NCBI GenBank assembly: GCA_030390025.1
Contig: CM059431.1
Span: forward strand, 95,544,001 to 95,608,000
Direction: 5' to 3'
From: Squalus acanthias
Taxonomy: Eukaryota
Length of the DNA stretch: 64,000 bases
In this document: positions 51,400 to 62,841 of the stretch, piece by piece
Numbering within the stretch: position 1 is the stretch's first letter
Layout: each line of letters begins with the position of its first letter
Position numbers and translations under genes: made by a program
The notes under the pieces: generated by a model
What the model was told of the DNA's origin: nothing
What the model saw: only the letters and a program-made list of their open reading frames with translations
Database searches by the model: none

Positions 51400-52535
51400 A
51401 ATACTTACAGGTTAGGTGCTAGTTTAGTATTTCTTGCTACTGTTTCTTGGTGTGTTGCATCACTCTGGAAAGTTCATTTTGTCTGCACAAAGAGTGGTCT
51501 TGCAGTGCTTTGGTACTTTGCCTCACAAATGGTCTGGCTGTAGACAGGGGTGGTCTGGTAGGGCTGCCTTTGGGGCTGGAGGACGAGGGAGAGCAGCAAG
51601 GAAGACACTACAGAGCAGGAGGATCTGCCAGAGGAGGGAGGAGGAGGAGGGCACGTAACATGAGGCCATATCCACAAAAGGTCTGCAGGGAGCAAGTCTC
51701 CTACATCAGCTTTACTGAGGAGCAATGTATTAGGCCACTTCGCTTCACCAAGGAGGATGTCACTGAGCTATGTCACCTGCTGCAGCCACAGCTCCAGCCT
51801 CAAACCGAGGCATGGACAACACTGCCTGTGGTCACCATAGCTGTTAACTTTTACACCTTTCAGGCTGCAACAGCTAACATCAGCAACATCTCACAGTTCG
51901 CAGTAGACAATCTATCAGGGAGATCACTGAGGCTCCTCTACACCTAGAGAAACACTTACATCTCCTTCCCTTTTGACAAAGCAAAACAGGACGAGAGAGC
52001 ACTAGGTTTTGTCCATATGACAGGCTTCCCCACTGAGCAAGGTGGCACTGACTGCACACACATTGCCTTGCATACTCTTTATCGCCAGCCTGGCATCGTT
52101 ATCAATTAAAAGGGACTTTACTACCACATTTTACAACCACAAGGAGAACATCATGCGGGTCTGTGCCCACTATCCCGGCAGCAGTCATGACTCTTCCATC
52201 CTGCGCCAGTCCTCTGTGCTGACTTTATTTTAACCGGGCCGCCAAGTTACAGGCTGGCTATTGGGCAACAAGGGGTAGTCACTCCATGGTTCATAACTCC
52301 AGTTCGGAAACTGGAGAGCTGGCCTATAACGACAGATATTCAGCCACAATAAACATCATCGTTCTCATGCAACGCTTCACTGCCTGGACTGTTCCAGAGG
52401 AGCTATGCAGTACACCACTGAGGAGGAATTCAGATTTGCCATTGTCTGCTACATGCTCCAGAACTAAGTCATCATGAGGCATCAACCCTTACCAACACCT
52501 GGGCAGCAACAAGTACAGATGGTGGGGGAGGAAGG
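51400..52535 (+). pseudogene. Decayed Harbinger transposase
   Basis: Contains RPYPQKVCREQVSY..FTEEQCIRPLRFTKEDVTELCHLL, HYPGSSHDSSILRQS and GWLLGNKG. Confidence 0.75.
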
Positions 52536-52542
52536 ATCATAG

Positions 52543-52803
52543 TGTTGAGGCTGCCGCGAAACACGAATGGAGGCTGAATCCATATGTGGAAAACAAGAAA
52601 CTTTTATTCACTGCATGGCACACAAAATGGCTGAGCTAGCTGCTCCCAGAATTCTCTGGAAAAACTCCCAGAATTCTCTGGGTAAAACCTGAGGCCCCGC
52701 CCCCTTCTGCCTTAAAGGTAAGGTGCCTTAAAGGGGAAGGTGCTGAAATTTGTCCACAAACGGAAGAGTGGATTCTGCCCGTTTTAGGTGGCGATCCGCC
52801 ACA
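52543..52803 (-). repeat. 3' LTR (261 bp)
   Basis: Three differences from the 5' LTR by eye. AATAAA on minus at 52613-52618. PPT GGGGGGAG lies just inside at about 52806-52814. Confidence 0.95.
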
Positions 52804-52823
52804 CAGCTCCCCCCAGAATCCGC

Positions 52824-55800
52824 TTAGGAGGTGTGGACGAGACGGTGTGGCGGTCTGATGGGCCGGCCGGAGCGGCTCTTGTAGGACGCCGGTGGACGTG
52901 GAACGGCCGGGCGTGGAGCAGCCGGGTGAACCGGCTTGAGGACAGGTCGGCCGCGTGGAGGTGGACGAGCTACAGGGACCTGCTCCCCGGGCTCCGAGTG
53001 TGCTGGCTTGAGTCGGTCCACCGACACTTTTTCGGTCCTGTCGCCCACTTGCAGGGTGAAAAATTTGTCCCCAGCCTGCAGCACCTTGTAGGGCCCGTCA
53101 TACGGGGGTTGAAGGGGTCCGCTGTGGGCGTCGTGCCGGACGAAAACAAACCGTGCCTGGTGCAGGCTTAGTGGGACGTGTGAGGTGGATTCGCCGTGTT
53201 GGGTAATGGGCACTGGGGCGAACTGCAGCGCCGGTGAGGCGAAGTCGTGGCGTTGCTGGTCGGCTGACCAGGGTGTCGTGGCGGTGGGCAGGAACTCGCC
53301 GGGTACGCGCAGCGGCTGACCGTACACGAGCTCTGCTGCCGATGCGTGGAGGTCTTCTTTAACCGCGGTGCGCAGGCCGAGGAGGACCCACGGAAGTCGG
53401 TCGGTCCAGGCGCCGTCTTGGAGGCTGGCTCGAAGAGATGCCTTCAAGGATCTGTGGAACCGCTCACACAGTCCGTTGGCTTGGGGGTGGTACGCTGTGG
53501 TGCGGTGGATGGTCACCCCGAGATTGCGTGCGACGGCGGTCCAGAGCTCAGAGGTAAATTGCGGACCTCTGTCCGAAGTCATGTCGGAGGGGACGCCGAA
53601 CCGTGCGACCCAGGTGCTGACGAAGGCTCTGGCGATGTCGGCGGTGGTGGTAGAGGTCAGTGGAATTGCCTCAGGCCAGCGTGTGGTGCGGTCAACGATG
53701 GTCAGCAAGTGCATGTGGCCTTGCGACGGCGGCAGGGGCCCGACGATGTCCACGTGGATGTGGTCGAATCTCCGTGAGGGGACGGTAAACTGTTACTGTA
53801 CCTTGGCCCGTTGGCAGGATAGGCAGGAGTTGGCCCAAGTACGCACATCCTTGCGAAGGCCGCGCCAGACAAAGCGGTTGGCTACCAATTTGATGGATGC
53901 GCGGGCGCCGGGGTGTGAGAGGTTGTGGAGAATGTCGAATACCCGGCGGCGCCAGGACGCTGGGACGACGGGCCGAGGTTGACATAGGGATATGTCGCAC
54001 TTGACCATGACTGCGGTCGGGCCACAGGCGACGTCGGCCAGGCGTAGCCCTGGTAGGTTGGTGGGTGCGGAGAGCAGATCCGGGTCGGTGATCTGGTCTG
54101 CTGCGAGTTGAGCGTAGTCGACTGCTAGGTGTGCAGCGTGGATGGCGGGGCGGGAGAGGCAGTCGGCTACCACATTGTCTCGGCCGGAGACGTGTTGGAT
54201 GTCCGTGGTGAACTCGGACACTGCCGCGAGCTGCCGCTGCTGCCTGGCGGACCATGGGTCGGTTGTCTTTGCCATTGCGAATGTCAGGGGCTTGTGGTCG
54301 ACAAACGCAGTGAAGGGGTGGCCCTCAAGCAAAAACCGGAAATGGCGGACCGCCAGGAACAGCGCGAGGAGCTCGCGGTCGAAGGTGCTGTACTTGACCT
54401 CCGGGGGGCGTAGTTGGCGGCTGAAGAAGGCAAGTGGTTGCCAGGCGCCGTCAACCCACTGCTCATACACGGCGCCGACCGCGTGGTCGGAGGCGTCCGT
54501 GGTGAGCGTTACCCTGGCATTGGGCCGTGGGTGCGCGAGCAGGGTGGCGTTGGCGAGCGCAGTCTTGGTGGAATCGAAGGCGGCGGACGCGTCTGCCGTC
54601 CATTCGACCGCCATCTTGCTGCTCCTGTCCCAGAGGGCTTCATACAGGGGCCTCATGAGGGACGCCGCTTTGGGGATGAAGCGGTTATAGAAATTCACCA
54701 TCCCGAGGAACTCCTGGAGGCCATTGATGGTGGTGGGGCGGGGAAATTGTTGGACGGCCTGCACCTTGGTGGGCAGGGGAATGGCCCCAGCATGGGTGAT
54801 GTGGTGGCCGAGGAAGTCGATCTTGCCCAGGCCGAACTGGCATTTGGCTGGGCTGATGATGAGCCCGTGGTCGCTGAGGCGCCCGAACAGGATGCGAAGG
54901 TGTTCGAGGTGTTCCTGCTTGGAGTAACTGGCTAACAGGATGTCGTCCAGGTAGACGAACAGGAACTTCAGGTCCCGAAGGACCGAGTCCATCAGCCGTT
55001 GGAATGCCTGGGCCGCGTTTTTGAGGCCGAAGGGCATCCGCAGGAACTCGAACAGGCCGAAGGGGGTGATTACGGCCGTCTTGGGGACGTCCGCAGGGTG
55101 GACGGGGACTTGGTGGTAGCCGCGCACCAGGTCGACCTTGGAAAAGACTGAGCGGCCGGCCAGTCTAGCCGAGAAGTCCTGGATGTGTGGCACGGGGTAC
55201 CGATCAGGGGTGGTGGCGTCATTGAGGCGGCGGTAATCCCCGCAGGGGCGCCAACCTCTGCCTGGTTTGGGGGCGATGTGGAGTGGGGAGGCCCAGGGAC
55301 TGTTGGAGCGACGGATGATGCCAAGCTGTTCCATGGTGCCAAACTCGGTCCGCGCGATCTCCAGTTTGGCCGGGTCCAGCCTGCGGGCGTGGGCGTACAC
55401 TGGGGGGCCTGTGGTGGGGATGAAGTGTTCCACCCCGTGTTTGGCGGCCTCCATGGAGAAGGTCGGATTGGTAAGGGCCGGGAATTCGGCCAGGAGTGCC
55501 GAGTAGTCATCCGTGGCCCGGGCGTGGCACTGTGACGCCATGTCGGCGGGTTGACGGGGGGCCATGGCGCCCAGGATGGGGGACATGGTGTTCATGTCCA
55601 CGAGGCGGTGATGAGGGATGTCTACCAGTAGGCCGTGGGCGCACAGGAAATCTGTGCCGATGAGGGGGGAGAGCACCTTGGCAGTGATGAACTCCCATCG
55701 GTAGCGGTGACCAGCGAGGTCGAGGGTAACTGTCCGGGTGCCATACGTCCGGATTTCCGAGCCATTAGCAGCAGCCAGCGCCGGTCCTCGTTCGCCCTTT

Positions 55801-56615
55801 TGGATGTTGAGGGAGGAGGCCGGGATGATGCTGTGCTGAGCCCCAGTGTCGCACAGGAACCGGCGGCCGGTTTTGTCATCCGTGACGAACAGCAGGGAGC
55901 CCGCGTGGCCCACGGCCATCGCGGGGGCTGGAACGGGGGTGGACTTGAAAGAGCAGGGAGGTGTGCACCGTTGTGCCCTGGCACCGAACCGTGCATGGTA
56001 GTAACAGTGGCCCGGGTTAGTGGGGCGCGAAGGCCCCGTGGGCCTGGTGACAGGCCCTTGTGGCCGCGTGCTGGATGGTGAGGGGCGCGCCCAGGCATTG
56101 GCTGCCAGGTCCAGAGTGACGTCGCGGCTGGAGTGAGCGGACAGCAGCTTGTCGGCCTCATCGGCCAGGGCTTCCAGGTTCGTGAGGCCGGACGCCACGA
56201 TCTCTGGGCGGATGCTGAGAGGGAGCTGGCGGATGAACAGCGTGCGGAAGAGGGATCCGGGTGGGCTCTCGTCGGTGAGGGAGAGCATGTGGGAGAGGAG
56301 GTCTGACGGTGAGGCATCACCGAGGCCTGGAAGGTCGAGGAGGTGGTAGTTTCGCTGATATGCCGAGGCCGTAAATCTTTGAAGGAGTGCTGTCCTGAGG
56401 TGTGCGTACTTGCCTTCCTCTGGTGGGTTCTGCAGCGTTGTCCAAACCTTGGAAACTGTGGCGCTACTGAGTGATGTGACGAGATAGTCGTACTTCGTCC
56501 CATCTCTGGTGATATTTCGCAGCCGGAAGCGAGATTCAGCTTGGAGAAACCAGGCTTCGGGCTGGTTTTCCCAAAACTCCGGCAGTTTCACGGAAACTGC
56601 ATTCGTGTCTGCTAT
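52824..56615 (-). pseudogene. Single gag-pol ORF with one in-frame stop and a probable ATG-to-ATA start
   Basis: Contains NAVSVKLPEFW (gag), LCDTGA (protease), YLDD (RT), TTDASD (RNase H), HHCC and SDRGPQF...ERFHR (integrase). A TAA at 53793-53795 separates two same-frame ORFs. Confidence 0.9.
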
Positions 56616-56640
56616 TGCAGTGCTCGGAATACGTTCTGAG

Positions 56641-56654
56641 CGTCGGGGTCACCA
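56641..56654 (-). promoter_or_regulatory. Primer-binding site complementary to tRNA-Trp
   Basis: TGGTGACCCCGACG lies 1 nt after the 5' LTR and matches the known tRNA-Trp PBS start. Confidence 0.85.
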
Positions 56655-56655
56655 A

Positions 56656-56917
56656 TGTTGAGGCTGCCGCGAAACACGAATGGAGGCTGAATCCATATGT
56701 GGAAAACAAGAAACTTTTATTCACTGCATGGCACACAAAATGGCTGAGCTAGCTGCTCCCAGAATTCTCTGGAAAAACTCCCAGAATTCTCTGGGTAAAA
56801 CCTGAGGCCCCGCCCCCTTCTGCCTTAAAGGTAAGGTGCCTTAAAGGGGAAGGTGCTGGAAATTTGTCCACAGACGGAAGAGTGGATTGTGCCCGTTTTA
56901 GGTGGCGATCCGCCACA
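56656..56917 (-). repeat. 5' LTR (262 bp)
   Basis: Direct repeat of 52543-52803. Confidence 0.95.
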
Positions 56918-57950
56918 ATAGAATCATACAGCACAAAAGGAGGCCATTCGGATCCTCATGCTTGTGCTGGTTCTCTGAAAGAGCTATCGAATTAGTCCCA
57001 CTACCCTGCTCTTTCCCCAAAGCTCAGCAAAGTTTTACTTTTCAAGCATTTATCCATTTTCCTTTTGAAAAATACTATTAAATCTGCTTTCACCACCCTT
57101 TCAGGCAGTGCATTCCAGAAAATGACAACTCACTGAGTAAAAAAGTTTCTCTTCATCCCCCCCCCCCGGTTCGTTTGCCAATTACCTTAAATCTGTGTCC
57201 TCTGGTTACCGTCCCTCCTGCCAGCGGAGACAGTTTCTCCTTATTTACTCGATCAAACCCCTCATCATTTTCAACACCTCTGTTAAAGCTCCCTTTATCC
57301 TTTTCTGCTCTAAAGTGAACAATCTGAACTTCTCTAGTTTCTCAACATAACTGAAGTCTGTCATCCCTGGAACCATTCTAGTAAATCTCCTCTGTACCCC
57401 CTCTAAGGCCTTGACAGCCTTCCTAAAGTGTGGTGCCCAGAATTGGACACAATACTCCAGCTCAGGCTTAACCAGTGATTTATAAAGGTTTAGCATAAAT
57501 TCCTTGGATTTATACTCTATGCCAAGGATCACATATGCATCTTTTAACAGCCTTATCAACTTGTCCTGCCACCTTCAAAGATTTGTGCTCATATACCCCC
57601 AGGTCTCTCTGTCCCTGCACCCCCTTTAAAATTGTACCATTTAGTTTATATTGCCACTCCTCATTCTTCCTTCATAGGAATGCATTACTTCACAGTTACC
57701 TGCATCAAATTTCATCTGCCATGTGTCTGACCATTTCACCAGTCTGTTTATGTCCTCCTGAAGTCTGCTAGTATCCTCCTCACTGTTTACTACATTTCCG
57801 AGTTTCATGTCATCTGCAAATGTTGAAATTATGCTCTGTATACCCAGTCCAGGTCATTAATATATATCAAAAAGAGCAGTGGTCCCAATACCGACCCCAG
57901 GGGAACACCACTGTATACTTCCCTCCAGTCTGAAAAACAACCGTTCACTG
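56918..57950 (-). mobile_element. CR1 3' fragment whose tail hosts the Gypsy element
   Basis: Tail ATCATAG|AATCATACAGCAC is split by the Gypsy element. Contains LYKSLVKPELEYCVQFWAPH. Confidence 0.85.
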
Positions 57951-58159
57951 CTAGCTTTTCAAACGTCGGACTACTCTAATCCCATTTCCTCGTCCTATCA
58001 TGGTATTCTCCTTTTAAATGTTGTTACATTCTGGACACTAAATTTAAAATCTGTTATGTGGGCTGCCGTTGGTAACAGGTACTGTGGGGTATAAATTTGT
58101 CTTGGTCGGTAGTGCAAAACAGGCAATAGCAAATCGCCAGGCCACCTGGACTGGGTATA

Positions 58160-59505
58160 CAGAGCATAATTTCAACGTTTGCAGATGACACGAAACTCGG
58201 AAATGTAATAAACAGTGAGGAGGATACTAGCAGACTTCAGGAGGACATAAACAGACTGGTGAAATGGGCAGACTATTCTAATTGAATTTTTTGATGAAGT
58301 AACAGGGAGGATCGATGAAGGGAATGCAATGGATGTTGTCTACATGTATTTTCGGAAGGCATGTGACAAAATACCACATAGAAGGCTGGTTAACAAAATT
58401 GAGGCTCATGGAATAGGTGGGTCAGTAGCAGCTTGGATAAGGGATTGGCTTAAGGACAGAAAACAGCGAGTTGTGGTAAATGGCTGCTTTTCAGACTGGA
58501 GATGGTAGACAGTGGTGTTCCCCAAGGGTCAGTGCTGCGGCCACTGCTTTTTTTGATATATATAAATGACCTGGATATTGGAATACAGAGTAGAATTTCT
58601 AAATTTGCCGATGACACCAAACTTGGAGGTGTGGCAAACAGTGATGATGATACCAATTGACTGCAACAGGACATAGAAAGGCTAGCAGAATGGGCAGACA
58701 AGTGACAGATGGAATTTAATACAGAGAAGTGTGAGGTGATGCATTTTGACAGAAGGAACAGGGAGAGGCAATATACACTTAATGGCACAGTTTTAAAGAG
58801 TGTGCAGGGATAGAGGGACCTGGGAGTTACTGTGCCTAGGTCCCTGAAGGTGGCGGGACATATTGAGAGAGTGGTTAGAAAAGCATATGGGATCTTGGGC
58901 TTCATAAATAGAGGTATTGACTACAAAAGTAGAGAAGTAATGCTGAACCTTTATAAAGCGCTGGTTAGGCCACAACTGGAGTATTGCGTCCAGTTCTGGT
59001 CACCACACTTTAGGAAGCACCTGAGAGGGTGCAGAGGAGATTTACCAGACTGTTTCCGGGGATGGGGGATCTTGACTACAAGACAGGTTGGAACAGCTGG
59101 ATTTGTTTTCATTAGAGCAAAGGAGGTTGCGGGGTGATTTGATAGAGGTGTACAAGATTATGACGGGTTTGGATAGGCTAGACGGGGAAAGGCTGTTCCC
59201 ACTAGTTGGTGGTACAAGGACTAGGGGACACAGATTTATGGTTTGGGCAAGAGATACAGGGGGGATGTGAGGAAAAACCTTTTTACGCAGCGAGCGGTCA
59301 GGACCTGGAATTCGCTGCCGACGGAAGTAGTGGAAGCGGAGACACTCAATGTTTTCAAGGGGAGACTGGATAGGATCTTGAGTGAAATAATCTTGCAGGG
59401 CTACGGGGATAGGGCGGGGGAATGGGACTGACTGGATTGCTCTACAGAGAGCCGGCATGGACTCGATGGGCCGAATGGCCTCCTTCTGTGCCATTATGAC
59501 TCTAT
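58160..59505 (+). mobile_element. CR1 fragments ending in a 3' tail
   Basis: Contains FADDTK and LYKALVRPQLEY. Tail ATTATGACTCTAT. Confidence 0.85.
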
Positions 59506-60314
59506 GGGGGAGAAATTCAGTATCGCCCCATTTGGGGTGAATTATCGGCCAGGCGCAAAGATTAGCGCCTGTCACTAATTATCGCCTCCGACTGCAAACT
59601 TGGCTTTTATCGCCCCTGGAGGTGATTGGAGCGCTAAATCAGGCGCTTCACACCTGTCTTAAGGCGCAAAGGCCGAGGAGCGAGGCACTACCTCAGAGCG
59701 CTGGCGAAGCTCATGTGATGTCAGTCAGCAGTGGAACACAGACACACTGGCGCCGGCCAGTTCTTAAAGGGGAGGTTCGATCTTGCTCTCCAGCCACACC
59801 CTGCCCATTGCAGCCTTGAATCTCGGCCTGGAGAGACGTGTACATCAAATCTGTTGGAAAGAACAATGGAGAGGACCAGGGAAAGAGCTCAGAGTGCAGC
59901 CCCCATATTCTCTTCTAAATCGATGCAAGGAAGATCAAACCAGAATGAACCTGCAAAGTGCTGCTCAGTACCCAAAACTCCTCAACACAGCGTGGTGCAA
60001 AGGTTTCGCCGACAAAAAAAGGCAGGAAGCGGTCGCCTTTAAATAGTGCTCCCCCAGTCCCATCCTGACTGCAAAACGCTCCCCTCAACCTGTTGTTGCT
60101 AGCGGTAGGACAGGGGGCGCCACTCAATATCCTGTCCGGGGCATTACCGGGGCGTTACACTCTCGACTGATGTCACGATCGGCCGGCGCAGGAGATCGTG
60201 GCGGTAGTGTTTAGCGCCGTCGCAAAATGTCTAGTTAATTTTGTGAGCGGCGCAAACATCGCCGCGCATGGGCGCTGGTTGCTTTGCGCCCCATTAGCAC
60301 CCTCTTATACCCCT
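59506..60314. mobile_element. Harbinger MITE family A, copy 4 (right end partly deleted)
   Basis: Starts GGGGGAGAAATTCAGTATCGCCCC directly after CTAT and is homologous to 40336-41228. Confidence 0.85.
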
Positions 60315-60531
60315 GTATATCTGGAGTGCTGCTCGGCTGTTCCAGTTGCATCACGAGTGATACATTTTGGTCAGAAGAATGAGGAGAGGCAATGTAAACC
60401 AAAGGATACAATCCTGAAGTGGGTGCATGAACAGAGATACCTGGTGGTATATGTGCACAAATCGTTGAAGGTGGCAGGGCAGGTTGAGAAAGCAGTTAAA
60501 AAAGCATATGGGATCTTGGGCTTCATAAATA

Positions 60532-60860
60532 TAAATCAGAAGTCGCACAACACCAGGTTATAGTCCAACAGATTTATTTAATTTTACAAGCTTTCGGAGC
60601 TGTTCGCTCCTTCTTCAGGTAAGGTAGCTGTGAGAGAATCTCCCAGAATTCACAATATAAACACAGAAAAAATCTATTCAAATCTTTCCCTACATCAAAG
60701 ACACACTAAGAGCACAGCCAAGACAATGAGATGTGTCCCAGGGGGTCCAACGTGTCAAAACACCTGCTGGCTTGTAAAATTAAATAAATCTGTTGGACTA
60801 TAACCTGGTGTTGTGCGACTTCTGATTTTTGTCCACCCCAGTCCAACGCCGGCATCTCCA
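60532..60860. mobile_element. Penelope terminal-repeat remnant with internal inversion
   Basis: Homologous to about 36360-36469. Flanked by CTTCATAAATA at 60521-60531 and 60861-60871. Contains a 59-bp inverted repeat. Confidence 0.8.
60584..60622 (-). ncRNA. Minimal type I hammerhead ribozyme
   Basis: Minus strand reads TTAC-CTGAAGA-A-GGAGC GAACA GCTCC-GAAA-GC-TT-GTAA. Confidence 0.8.
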
Positions 60861-60879
60861 CTTCATAAATAGAGGTATA

Positions 60880-61720
60880 GGGCTGGATTTTGTCAATGGG
60901 GACGTGATGGAGGCGGGACTCCCACTTTTTGGGTTGTAGTCCCGCCTCCATCGATTTGTGGCCAACCCACGCTACTTTCCCTTGATTGACCTTGTTAAGC
61001 CCGCCCAGCGGGATCAGCAGGCCAATTAAGGGACACCTGGTTACTGGTGACGTCAGCGATTGACATTTCATCTGTCAAGAGCATTTGACAGATGAAAGAT
61101 CAGCGTTTGACAGCTTTGTGAAGCTGTCAAACACTGACAATCTGTCTTCTAACTTGAGTCCTTCTACTCAGACTCATTTAGAGAGCTCTCCAGACCAGAA
61201 AGCAGAGGCTGCAGCTTTTGACAGCTCAGCGGCCATTCTGCTTTCTGTGCCGGTGAGCTGAGGGACTCCCGAGAACTGAAGGGAGGAAGCCTGGAGGAGA
61301 AAGTAAAGGTAAGTAAAACTTATTAAAACACTTTACACACACCAAACACACTTACCTCTGCACTCATGCACCCATCACTCACCTGTACACCGGACATCTC
61401 GACCCCTCCAAGCCCTGCAGACCGACGGTCCGCCTCGCTAACTTGGCGTGGTTTGGAGCCATCGGGCAGCCCACACTTCAGGGCTAAAAATAGGAATTAG
61501 CCAAAAAACTGCCTGTTAACTACCTGTTAACAGGCAGTTAATTGGCACTAATCCCCTTCCCGCCTCAGGGAGGCGGCTCCCAGCACAGGTCGGGTACCCG
61601 CCTCCTGGGACATTGGCATGGAGGCGGGTTGGGGGCGGGATGGGTACGTGCCCCCCGAATCTGCAATTTTCCCACTCCCGCCTCCAAACCCGCCTCCACG
61701 GGGCTTGGAAAATCGAGCCC
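60880..61720. mobile_element. Harbinger MITE family B, intact copy
   Basis: TIR GGGCTGGATTTT / AAAATCGAGCCC. TSD ATA at 60877-60879 and 61721-61723. Confidence 0.87.
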
Positions 61721-62841
61721 ATAGAGTACAAAAGCTGTGGAAGTTATGATGAACCTTTATAAAACACTGGTTCAGCCTCAACTGGAGTATTGTGTCCAAT
61801 TCTGGGCACCGCACTTTAGGAAGGATGTGAAGGCCTTAGAGAGGGTGCAGAAAAGATTTACAAGAATGGTTCCAGGGATGAGGGACTTCAGCTACGTGGA
61901 TAGACCGGAGAAGCTGGGGTTGTTCTCCTTAGAGCTGAGAAGGTTGAGAGGAGATTTGATAGAGGTGTTCAAAATCATGACGGGTCTAGACAGAGTAGAT
62001 AGAGAGAAATTTTTCCCATTGGTGGAAGGGCCAAGATCCAGAGGTCACAGATTTAAGGTGATTGGCAAAAGAACCAAAGGCAAAATGAGGAAAAACTCTT
62101 TTACGCAGCGAGTGGTTAGGATCTGGAATGCACTGCCTGAAAGGGTGGTGGAGGCAGACTCAATCATAGCTTTCAAAAGGGAATTGGATAAGTATCTGAA
62201 GGAAAACATTTCCAGGGCTATGGGGAAAGGGCGGGGGAGTGGGACTAGCTGAAGTGCTCTTGCAGGGAGCTGGCATGGGCTCAACAGCCGAATGGCCTCC
62301 TTCTGTGCTATAACCATTCTATGATTCTATGATTCTACATGAAGCCCCTAATTTGGTGGACCAGTAAGCAATGCACTGGTATGCTGAATTGGCACTTCCG
62401 GGTCTCCTTGTTGGATAATACGGGATGCTTGCCTTTGCATTATCAGCCCCATTGTACATCAGTCAACTAATAGAGGCAGAGTTTAGAGTAAAAAAGGTTA
62501 AGCTGCACCACCTGAAAATCGTCCAGGATGCACGCAAATTTCATGCTCACTCCACATTAAAATGATTGCAGTCATGATTCTAGTCTAAAAACTCAAGCTC
62601 ATTGGCGTTACACTGAAAAGCTGGACCAATATCGTAGGCAGTCTAATTGCAAGTAATGATTGCCTTAGGCTTTTTTCATTACTTAAAGGGGAGGTTCATT
62701 GATGCTGCAGCACCTCATTCTCAGCATTGCTGGGTGTGCAGCTGCCCCAACAACCATAAGAAGAAGGACAAGGAGAAGGAAGAGTTTTTTTAGAAATCCT
62801 GTTGGCAGATTGTCACCCCAGGGAGAAAGCCCGAGGTTTTT

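Larger units (their letters stand above)
52543..56917 (-). mobile_element. Gypsy/Ty3 LTR retrotransposon, full length and young
   Basis: TG...CA LTRs at 52543-52803 and 56656-56917, 4-bp TSD ATAG, PBS and PPT. Domain order gag-PR-RT-RH-IN. Confidence 0.96.
60350..62338 (+). mobile_element. CR1 3' portion split by a Penelope remnant and MITE B
   Basis: AYGILGFIN-RGI-EYKS can be reconstructed across both insertions. Tail ATTCTATGATTCTATGATTCTA. Confidence 0.85.

Noticed and set aside
53793..53795. Programmed stop-codon read-through in the Gypsy pol
   Set aside because: The stop falls inside integrase rather than at the gag-pol boundary and coincides with an apparent small deletion, so it is more likely a lesion.
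52788..56503. Overlapping and antisense ORFs within the Gypsy element and CR1 copies
   Set aside because: They are shadow ORFs of GC-rich or RT-coding sequence with no recognisable domains.
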